Below are positions 26,085-37,424 of a stretch of 64,000 bases of DNA, piece by piece. The position numbers and the translations under genes were made by a program. The stretch is from Eledone cirrhosa (Eukaryota): positions 150,536,001 through 150,600,000 of the forward strand of contig OZ024743.1 of NCBI GenBank assembly GCA_964016885.1, written 5' to 3'. The stretch's first letter is position 1; each line of letters begins with the position of its first letter. The notes under the pieces were generated by a model, which saw only the letters and a program-made list of their open reading frames with translations, was not told the origin of the DNA and made no database searches.

Positions 26085-26589
26085 AAGGCATGTATTTGTA
26101 TTTATTTTTCTTGATTTATTCTTAAATTGAGTCTAGCAAACCCTATTATCTGTAGTTAGTATATTTTTCACCATAGCGATTCTGGTCCATTACATACATG
26201 TATGTCTGGGTTCGTTTTTCTTTTTTTTTCAGTTATACTATATAACCTAGAATACCACCAACCTTATTTGTTCTCTCTTGCTACCAGTCCCCCACCACCT
26301 CGGCCAACAACACTATGTGGTCAGTTGGAGTTCAAACAAGCCAAAATGTTTTTACTGCTAGCTTTAGTGACCAGCAGAATTTAGTACATTCGTACCTGTT
26401 ACCCACTTATGGCAGGATAATATATAGACCATCAACCCTAAAGTCAGAAAGTTACCTACCTATGGTTAATATAATTTATAATAGAAAATATTTGAGGTTT
26501 CACAACCTGAAAATCCAAAAGCTCTAAATTTCAGATGTTAAAAGTTAGAAGTCCAGAAAATTAGACAACAGTCAATATATTAGAATAAT

Positions 26590-26888
26590 ATCTAACTGGC
26601 AAAATGTATATTGGTATTAGGGATTGGGTTCAAAGCTGGATATTAACGTACAGCCAGGTGCTTTTTGTCATAACACCTACATGACCACTTTACGGTGTGG
26701 GCTGGGGGCTTCACTAGATGCATATTTACTACTGCCCTTGTGGCAGATGTATTGGGGTGCATACTGTATATGCGACTTTGAGTGCTCTGTACCTTTTTAT
26801 GCAGTTGTCATCTTTCATACGCATCACATGTCCATACCAACAGTCTCCTCTCCTGCACACAACATTTGATTCCTCTTATGCCTAGTTA
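26590..26888 (-). mobile_element. RTE LINE 3' fragment
   Basis: Minus strand LGIRGIKC..ERRL..YGHVMRMKDD, homologous to other RTE copies. Confidence 0.7.
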
Positions 26889-26889
26889 T

Positions 26890-27055
26890 ATATGGCGAAT
26901 TGACAGAGTCGTTGAGATATCAGATAGAATGCTTTACAATATTCATCCCACCTCATTACATGCTCTGAGTTCAAATTCCAGCATGGTCATCTTTGCCATT
27001 CATCCTTTCTAGGTCGATAAAAAAAAGTCCCAGTCCAGTACTGGGGTCGATTCTT
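26890..27055 (+). mobile_element. SINE family A, degenerate
   Basis: ctgagttcaaattcc..ctttgccattcatcctt..ggtcgataaaa..ccagt. Confidence 0.7.
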
Positions 27056-27187
27056 CTTCTATAGAAAAAAATCAGCTGTGTTCAGACCTGGAGAGGGTTG
27101 GGCTCCGCTTAGTTTAAAAGTGTCCTGGACATGCTGCATAATGTTGCCTCTATGACTCCACAAGGAGTTATGAGATCTTTATCCTTT

Positions 27188-27268
<81 letters not shown>

Positions 27269-27379
27269 TATATGTAACGAAGGAAATGTGGTAAGGAACC
27301 AGGTGGACCATAACGCACCAAAGTACTCAATACTTAGGGTAGTAGAGTGGGTAATAGGAACGAGTAGGAACCCTAAGAG

Positions 27380-28085
27380 CAACACCCCTCCAGGGTGCTC
27401 TTGCTGTAAGCCCGAAGCTTGTCCCCTTCAACAGCAATGCAACACACCCGCTGTAGTTATTGAAGCCGTGGTCACTTCCAACCGACCAAATCAACCACAG
27501 GAAGTCAAATCCTTTGTGGGTATGGCGGAGGGTCGATTTAAGGAACGCTTCCTGAACCACCAGTCGACTTTTAGGTACCCGGAAACTCGCGAGCCACGTA
27601 TGGTCCCTCAAGAACTCAAGTATAGACTACTCCATTCAATGGAAAACCATCACTAAGTCCAAGCCATACGCAAGGAGCAATCCGTCCGTATTGATGAACG
27701 AATAAATATTCTAAAGAGATTACGCAATAGTGATTGCCTAAACACGAGAAATGAATTCTTCACACGTTGTCCACACGTCTGGAAACACCTCTTACATAAC
27801 TACAAAGCTCCGGATTGAATTACAACAACATCCTAATTTTCTTATCAACTAGAAACTTTCGGACTTTCGCAGTTATCTCCCTTACACCTCTCGCATGCAA
27901 TTTAGTATTGCCTGTGTGAAGTGATCGTTTCCGCGCATGCGCGTCCGTACGGTTGCTCTTCCGGTTCCGTATAACCATGTCCATTACGAGCTGAGGATCC
28001 GCTAAGGTGAAACAAATGTTCTCGGTATGGTGAACTAACTGTTGTGTAACTACTTCTACCTAACTCGTCCCATGGACCACTATAT
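27380..28085 (+). mobile_element. PLE GIY-YIG fragment + pLTR
   Basis: CSCCKPEACPLQQQC, SFVGMAEGRFKERFLNH; HHR at 27987-28024. Confidence 0.82.
27987..28024 (+). ncRNA. Minimal hammerhead ribozyme
   Basis: cgag-CTGAGGA-cc/gg stem II-GAAA-CAAATG-TT-ctcg. Confidence 0.7.
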
Positions 28086-28254
28086 GTATATATATATATA
28101 TTCATTAGTTAAGCAAAACAAGACCACAAATTTCACAACGAAGACATTATTAAAAGATTGTCAACATATTTTAGTTTGATGTAAGGAATGTAGCGAATAA
28201 TAATAATAATAATATTAATAATAATAATTATTATTATTATTATTATTATTATTA

Positions 28255-29292
28255 TTGTGATAAAGAGGTCGAAAGTTTCCTATTAGTATTCGAGAATGAA
28301 TATTTGTGATTCGAAAATCTTAATTTAAATGTCGGTGAAGTTGCACCAATATAGTTGTATGCGATGTTAGTTGCTTTTACGGTGCATTTATAGACCAGAT
28401 TGCTATCCAGACAATTATTTTGTAGAGGGCAATTTGATCTATTTCTACAATTACATTTCGATTTATTGTTATTACTATGAATTGAACAATTGACATTAAC
28501 ATTGCCAGTACTTGGAAGTGTTCTATTGATAGTGCTTAGATTAATGTTATTGTTATTCCCAGTATTAATATTGCTAGTGTTAATATATTCATTATCCCTA
28601 ATTTTTTGTTGGTTATGATTTAGAATTCTACTATTTATTTTTTCAATGTTCTGGGCCATATTCATAGTTGTAGAATAAGAAAGCTTAATTGTGTGTCTGT
28701 TAAATATGGAACGGTATTTATGTTTTATGGGAAAACATTTATCTAAAGCTTTAAAGAATAGATTTGCCAGTGGTGTTTTGATTGCTACAGATGCGGGAGG
28801 AGTAAACCATATAACTGATCTAGTTCTGATTCCCCCCCCCTCCCCCCGATTTATTCACGATATTGGAGTTTGTATTTATATTTAAATAACTTTTAGAATC
28901 TAGTTTATTTATGTTAGTCTTATTTTTACCTGGATTATAATTCAAATTAGTATTATCTATATATTCAATATTATTTTTATAACCTGCCTTACGCAGCGCG
29001 TCATTATAGTTTCCTGCTTTTTCATCAAATATGGATTTATTAGCGGATATTCTAGTTATGCGTTTCTGTACACTATTGCATTTTTCACGGATTTAGGTTG
29101 ATTAGAGTAATAGCTAACGTAATTTAAGTTTTCATTGGGCTTATGGAAAGAGTAATAAAATCCTGAGTTTAAGTTAAGGGTGACGTCAAGGAAATTAACT
29201 ATTTTGGTACTACTTTCAACTTCTAATTTAAGGTCGTAATTTTTAAAGAATTCAATTATAGTCATCAATTATAGTCATCAATTATAGTCATC
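28255..29292 (-). pseudogene. PLE RT C-terminus/GIY-YIG fragment
   Basis: IVNFLDVTLNLN, FHKPNE, WFTPP, CNCRNRSNCPL, NYIGAT. Confidence 0.88.
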
Positions 29293-29920
29293 CGAATGCG
29301 CTGGGATATATATATTTGATTAATTGACTATTTCTAATTAATTTAAGGATTCGAAAATAAACCGTCATATAACTACACCCAGATATATATTTGATATTTT
29401 GATTGATTGATTATTTCTAGATAATTTAACGATTCGAAATTATTCATTCACAAAGCTATGCCCAAATATATATTTATATATATATTTTTGCATCATCTAA
29501 TTATACGCTATTTATCCACGACAATACAAATCTTCCTCCCTATGTTTTATACTATAAAAATTATTTTCTCCTCGTCTCTCTATCCTTAATCAATTTTCTT
29601 TTGCTTTCGTGCATAAGATAATTCTATACTTCTAGTCACTCTCTTTTTCCTCATCTGTTTTTCTCTCTCTGTCTTTCACTTCTTTCTTCAATAATTTAAA
29701 TTATTTAAATTTCTAACAGTTATGTAGGTTTATATTATATTAGTAGTTGTTTATTATTATGTATCTTTATAAGCTTTCTCACACGCACCCTCTGTATTAT
29801 ATGTAATTGTTTCATGTCTCAATCTTAAGGTATATAAATATTGAGTTTTGTCCTATCTTATTCACTGCCATGACTGAATTTTAACCATCTACTTAGTCAA
29901 GGTATGTCATGCATCATCTT

Positions 29921-29985
29921 ATTTTATCTGATGAGGACGTACTGTTGAAGATAGCTCAGTACCTCTGAAATATGTATAATAAAAT
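29921..29985 (+). ncRNA. Type I hammerhead in pLTR (~29300-30135), inverted relative to the preceding PLE body
   Basis: attttat-CTGATGA-..gtactg/cagtac..-GAAA-TATGTA-TA-ataaaat. Confidence 0.8.
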
Positions 29986-30134
29986 ATACTTGATCACACG
30001 AATGTCTATTTTTGTTAATATTTTGAATTAATTAATATTAATTCATTAATATTAATTAATTATTAATATTATTTCTGTGGAGTGCTTCTAATTCTATTGT
30101 AAAACTTTATTCATTGATTTATTCATTGAACCTT

Positions 30135-30784
<650 letters not shown>

Positions 30785-30786
<2 letters not shown>

Positions 30787-32295
30787 CATCATCACCATTT
30801 AATCTCGAATTGTCCATGCTTGCATGGGTTAGATGTGTCGCCCATGTCATGAGACAAGTCTGGTCAGTTGACTGCGCCATAACTTGCTCAGATGGAACTG
30901 TAATTTGGCTGGGATTTTTACAGCTGGACGCCCTTCCTGACACCAGCCATGTTTATACTGTGGAACTGAACGGCACCAATTATGAGGAGGGACAGGCCAG
31001 TTGGCTATACCGTACCCTGCTCACATTGGAACCATAGTTTGGGAGCTGGGTGGTCCCACTATGAGGGAGGTCTGGCCAGTTGGCCATACCAAGCCTTACT
31101 CATAGTAGAGCCATGTTACTGGGTGGTCCCGTTATGAGCCAAGTCTGGCCAGATGGCCACACTGTACCTTACACAATAACGGGACTGTTACTGTATTTTG
31201 GGATCTGACTAGTTGACAACACCAAACCTTACTCATAGAGGAGCCCTACTATGAGACGGGTCTGGCCAGTTAGCTGTGTCATACTCTGCTCACATCATAA
31301 CCATAATTTGGGAAGGGTGATGGGAGGGAAGGTGATGCATACTAGATGTAAGCCTCAGCTCCTGTATATGTGAGGGTGGGTCTTCTGTATTGCTGCATGG
31401 TGCCAGAGATCATGGTCCTGTGCCATTGCCTTAGAGAGGTGTATTTGTGCAAGGTCAACTTTTATTACTTCATCCCAAGTCTTCCTAGGCCTGCCCATTC
31501 CATGGCTTCCATCAACTTTGAGCCCTCTGCACCTTTATATACAGGTGTCATCATCCTTCATATGCATCGCATGTCCATACCAATGCAACTCCTCTCTAGT
31601 ATACTGCATCTGATCCCTCTTATGCCTAATTTCTCTCACAGTTCATTTATTCTTTGCCATTACCATATTACTATATTACTATTGCACATCCATTGAAGTA
31701 TGGAGGCTTCATTTCTTTCCAATCTTCACAGGTCCTCTGCACATAGGGCCCAGATCTCAAACTGTGCAGCTTTGTTGTTCACATACATACATCATATCGC
31801 CTGCATTTCATTTTGAGGGAAAAATCTTTTTGTAGTTAGTAGCAGTAGTAACTCCCTAAACTTTCTCCACTCCATTATCACTCTGGCTACTGTACTTTTA
31901 GAACACCCTCCTCCACTGCTAATTTGGTCACCCAGGTAACAGAAACTATCTACTACTTCTATACAGCCCTTTGGTCATTTGAAGGAGTTTGTATCCGGAG
32001 ACCTCTTGCTATTTACTGCCCCTGTGCACATGTAAAACTTAAGTTCTTTGTTAGTCTGCCGGAGATCCCACTACATCTCTTGTGTACCCATAGTTTGCAT
32101 TTGGGACATAGGTTGGAATTTATACCTACTCCTTTTCTGCACACTGAGCTGGGCGATTTCCATGAGAAGATCTGGGCCCTGTTTTCCTTTCTACTTACTA
32201 GGACTTTAGTCTTTGCCAAATTGACTTTAAGATATTTTGATTCTAGCCCATGCTTCCAGGTTTGGAATTTCATCTCTAATTCAGCAAAAGATTCA
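30785..32295 (-). mobile_element. RTE LINE 3' part (PHD-type) with minisatellite 3'UTR
   Basis: ELEMKFQTWKHGLESK..CPKCKLWVHKRCSG; (CAT)n end at 30785. Confidence 0.87.
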
Positions 32296-32304
32296 GCAGC
32301 AGAC

Positions 32305-32486
32305 CCAGTGTTAGACCCGGGGTTAAACCTTGAGGAAGATGGTTGGATAACATCCATGAGCTCAGCTGGTCTCACTTAAGGATCAAATTGGAGACAGTTG
32401 TTTCTGGCAGGACTTCTGGGAAGACATGCTTGAAGACTCAGCCCCATGGCCCTCCCAGGAATAAGTGGGAGGAGGAGGAGGAGGAG

Positions 32487-32516
<30 letters not shown>
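32305..32516 (+). mobile_element. RTE 3' terminus, (GAG)/(GAA)n tail
   Basis: Homologous to 6700-6931 and 56820-57047. Confidence 0.8.
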
Positions 32517-32517
<1 letters not shown>

Positions 32518-33551
32518 GACTTTAACTAGAGTATAATCCATTGGGTGATGTGACACTAAATGGGTAGGTGTAGACTTTTGTTGAGGTAAACATAAAATGA
32601 TGCATAGGAGAGATTTAAGGATAAGTGATGGCGAATGTTCTTTGTTAGGAAATGGAAGAAGTAAAAGATTATCAATTATTCTAGTACTATGCTTTTCTTT
32701 TTCTTTGTTTTTTTTTTTGTTTTTTTTTTTTGTTTTTTTTTTTACATTTTTTTTTGGGGGGGGGGGGTATATTAGAAATTAATTTTATTCATACAAATTA
32801 AATAACATTACAAATTGTTTATAATTGTTACATAATGAAACTATAAACACATATATAAACATATAATAAATACAATTAATTATTGCTAGGAACCTCACAA
32901 ATATAATGCACAAACATATATGATCAAATCAAGAGAAAAAGAAATGGAAAGAAAACAAAAACAGTCAACAATTTCCCACCAAGTGTGATAATTGCCCACA
33001 AACCACATGGGTCAAAAGATATTTTTGAGGCAGTAAAAGAAATGGAAACAAAGAGAAGAGTATGGTGGAGATGTTTATGCTTTGGTAAAAACAAATGGAA
33101 AAAACATGAATGTATGAATATTATTTTCATGCCGTTTTTCCAAAGGTCACATAAACCATTATTTGCAAATAATTTAATGCATGATATGCTTTAAACAGCT
33201 GGATAAATTCAAGGCAATTTAAAAAGAATATTTACTTGCTTATTGGTATGGCAGTGTATTTAGTATTTAGATTTGGTCATTAAAAGGACTTTTTAAATTA
33301 TATTTTCCAATTTTTTAATTATTATTCTGCCATGAAAGTATAATGGACGTATAACACACACACACGCAAACACACACACACACGTATATGCATGCACACA
33401 CGTATATACAAAATGGTCACCACCTTTTCAAAAAAAGTATATCATACATAAAACTCCAGCATCAACAGTTTTCCAAGAGATGCCAACATGAATGGACCTG
33501 TTATTTTTCTCTAAAAAAATGTTTTCCATTTCTATTTCTTCTTTAATTTCT

Positions 33552-33589
33552 GTCTTCTGATGAAGGACTAACGTCTGAAACGTTAGGAC
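33552..33589 (+). ncRNA. Minimal hammerhead ribozyme (pLTR remnant)
   Basis: gtctt-CTGATGA-aggac/gtct-GAAA-CG-TT-aggac. Confidence 0.7.
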
Positions 33590-33927
33590 TCTTTTCCTAC
33601 TATATCAAGTGTAACACTAATTGTATGTATTCATTGTACTGTGTCGTTTGCTTTATTATTTCTGTTTGCCTTTGTATACATATATATATATATATAAATG
33701 GAATAGAATGAAACGAAATTTCATTTCTCACTCTTAGTGCGGCAGTTACTTAAATGTATACCTTCCTGCCAGATGGTTGAACGTCTAAAGTATATACTTT
33801 CCTTATGCATATTAACGGCTGAGCAGCCTAATTTGCATATCGAGTGAGTTTAGTCGGCCGGGCGCACCGAAATCGATAAATGGAATAGAATAAAACGAAA
33901 TTTCATTTCTCACAGGCAGGTAGGTAT

Positions 33928-33970
33928 ACGATGCTGACGATAGCTAATAAGCTTGAAACTAGTACATCGT
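33928..33970 (+). ncRNA. Minimal type I hammerhead ribozyme in solo pLTR (~33695-34100)
   Basis: acgatg-CTGACGA-agct/agct-GAAA-CTAG-TA-catcgt; ~38-bp direct repeat at ~33695 and ~33877. Confidence 0.9.
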
Positions 33971-34185
33971 TCCTGTGTCAGTGTTGAACAAAAAGGTGAC
34001 GTGGTTGCCTAAACACTGTATGGCGTATTTCGGGCTGTTTGTTTGTTTACAAACAAACCGAGCATTATAATAAGTGTTCGGTAAACCGATACGTTCATAT
34101 ATATATGTGTGCATGTATGTATATATATACATACTACTGTACGTCTGTATACATATATGTATGTACGTATACATACATACATACT

Positions 34186-34279
<94 letters not shown>

Positions 34280-34489
34280 GGATAACAAAAAATCGTTATA
34301 GGTAATCCAGTTAGAGGTTGCGAATATTTCGTATTGTGGATAGTTTTAGCATACGGCATTGTTTGACTCAAAATTGAGTGGCACAGCTCCAAGTGTTCAG
34401 CAATTTTTAGACAACTTAATCAGTGAAACAATTTTTAGACTGTAAATAAAACGCTTTTTTGTACTGTTGGCCATGTTATTCTTCACTCT

Positions 34490-34596
<107 letters not shown>

Positions 34597-34946
34597 TGTT
34601 TTAAAAAATGGTTTGAAAAGCGCACCTGGTATATATATATATATATATATATATACAAAGGATCTTTATAACATGTACAAAAATTGATGTTAGCAAAGTC
34701 TGCTTTCTCCATTTTGGATCATCAAATCATTTGTTATTAGGTTAAATTGGTCTTTCATTAAAAACATCCTTTTATATATATATATATATATATATATACC
34801 AGGTATACTTTTCAAACCCTTTTTCCTTATATAACATGATCTGTATAGAACAATTTCTAACTTCCACACTTTTTTCCACTATATATATATCCGTATGTGG
34901 TAGACAACTGAGAGAAAAGAGTGCTCAATACCGAAGTAGAATTTTA

Positions 34947-35106
34947 ATATTCATTTGATTAAGGCTAAATAGTGAGTCTTCTTACTCTGGAGATTCGCTT
35001 GTTTATCACAGGGTCATCAGACATGTTCTTGTCTGATGACCCTGTGATAAATGGGTGAATCTCCAGAGTAACAAGGCTCATTATTTAGCCTTAATAAAAT
35101 GAATAT
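34947..35106. repeat. 160-bp hairpin made of two head-to-head HHR-like pLTR ends
   Basis: tgt-CTGATGA-ccc/ggg-GAAT-ctccagag-TA-aca on +, mirrored on -. Confidence 0.8.
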
Positions 35107-35110
35107 ATAA

Positions 35111-35287
<177 letters not shown>

Positions 35288-35346
35288 TATATATTATATG
35301 AATGAATATATATATATATATATATATATATGAATGAATATATATG

Positions 35347-35485
<139 letters not shown>

Positions 35486-35487
35486 GA

Positions 35488-36035
35488 GAATTTGTATTGG
35501 TGATCCTACATAGCGATATACATATAAATGTACATATTAAATAATATACAGGATGCTTATGAAAAACATTTGAAGGCCTATCAACATTTAAGGTTGTGAA
35601 CATTGTCACACACCCAGCCTCAGCAAAAACAGAGGGAAGTCATCGCCAATGCCATTGTTTCTCACTTATTCACATTATTCAATATACAATGCGTACATTT
35701 ACATGTATATTGCTATGTAGGAACACCAAATAAATTCTTTAATTTAAGCCTGGTCAACTACTGCTCCATATGCAAATGAGTTTCATCAGCTCATAAACAG
35801 GAGCAGAAATCTATAAGAATCTAGCTTAATTTTGCTTCAGCAAAAACAGAGAAATACGTATTCTCGATAAACGCTGATAAATGAGAAAGAATGGCATCAT
35901 TGATTATTTCCTTTTGTTTTTGCTGAGGCTAGGTGGGTGACAACGGTCACAACCTTAAATAATTAAAACGAAATGCCTTCAAATGTTTTCATAAACATCC
36001 TGAGTATTATTCAATATACAAAACATACATTTATA
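35488..36035. repeat. Complex nested inverted-repeat element, likely a rearranged pLTR
   Basis: 35488-35545 vs 35674-35737 and ~35520-35672 vs ~35875-36035 are diverged inverted repeats. Confidence 0.65.
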
Positions 36036-36100
36036 TAATAAACCCTTTGGTAAAGTTTATACCCAATAATAACAATACTGTTATTATTATTAATATTATA

Positions 36101-36793
36101 AGGAGGGCGGTGGATTGGCAGTATTGGTAGAGGGTCGGACGCCATGCTTTCCAGCATAGTTACGTCCCTTTACGATCTGAGTTCAAATCCCACCGAGGTT
36201 GACTTTGCCCTTCATCCTTACGGGGTCGATAAAATAAAGTACCAGTAATGCACTGGATAATTGCTGGCCTTGTGCCTAAAGTAGAAACAATTATTACTAT
36301 TATAAGGGCGGTGGATTGGCAGATTCGGTAGAGAGTCGGACACCATACTTTGCAGCATATAGTTATGGTCCTTTACGGTCTGAGTTCAAATCCCGCCGAG
36401 GTTAACTTTGTCTTTCATCCTTACAAGGTCGATAAAATAAAGCACCAGTCACATACCAGTATGTGACTGGTGCTTTATTTTATCGACCTTGTAAGGATGA
36501 AAGATTTAATCGACTTTCCCCTCCCCTCAAATTATTGGCCTTGTGTCTATACTAGAATATATTAATATTATATGAGGGCAGTGGATTGGCAGTATTGGTA
36601 GAGTGTTGGATAACATGATTTGCAGCATAGAGTTACGGTCCTTTACATTCTGTGTTCAAATCACGTTGAGGTTAGCTTTGCCTTTCATCCTGACGGGGGT
36701 CGATAAAATAAAGTACCAGTAATGCACTGGAGTCGATTTAATTGACTTTCCCCACCTCCAATTGTTGACCTTGTGCCTAAATCAGAAACCATT
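36101..36793 (+). mobile_element. Head-to-tail trimer of tRNA-derived SINE family A
   Basis: Copies start 36103, 36305, 36575 (agggcggtggattggcag..gagttcaaatcc); short AT-rich spacers. Confidence 0.88.
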
Positions 36794-36879
36794 CATCACT
36801 TCCAATGCCTCTGTCATAATTCTCTCTAAGAAGGTGCTGAAGAGAGTTGGAGAGAGCAAGCTGCATGAATCCGCTGTGT

Positions 36880-37315
36880 GAAGTGTTTGACGCTACCAAC
36901 AGGCCTGTCCCTCCTCATAGTGGTGTCATCCAGTTGCGGGCTCCTTGACTGTGGTTCCACAGTGAGAGAGTCATGGCTAACTGGCCTGTCCTCCTCATAG
37001 CAGTGCCATCCAGTACCTAGCCCAAAAACTATGGTTACACTGTGAGATGCCATCCAGCACCAGGCCCCAAAACTATGGTTCCACTGTTAGATGGGTTCGG
37101 TACAGTGAACTGGCCTGTCCCTTCTCATAACAGTGCCATCCAGTTGGTGTTAGGAAGGGCATCCAGCTATAAAATATCCAGCCAAATTTACAGTCCTTGT
37201 CAGAGCAAGGTATGGCATGGCTAACTCTGGTCAGATTTGTTTCCCAATGTGGATACCCAACTAACCCATGCAAGCAATGAAAAATCGACATTAAACGATG
37301 ATGATGATGATAATG

Positions 37316-37318
<3 letters not shown>
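36880..37318 (+). mobile_element. RTE 3'UTR fragment with minisatellite and (GAT)n tail
   Basis: Homology to 10290-11176. Confidence 0.8.
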
Positions 37319-37347
<29 letters not shown>

Positions 37348-37424
37348 GATCCTCACCATTTAATGTTTATACATATATATATCATCATCATCATTTTACA
37401 TCCGCTTTATATATATATATATAT

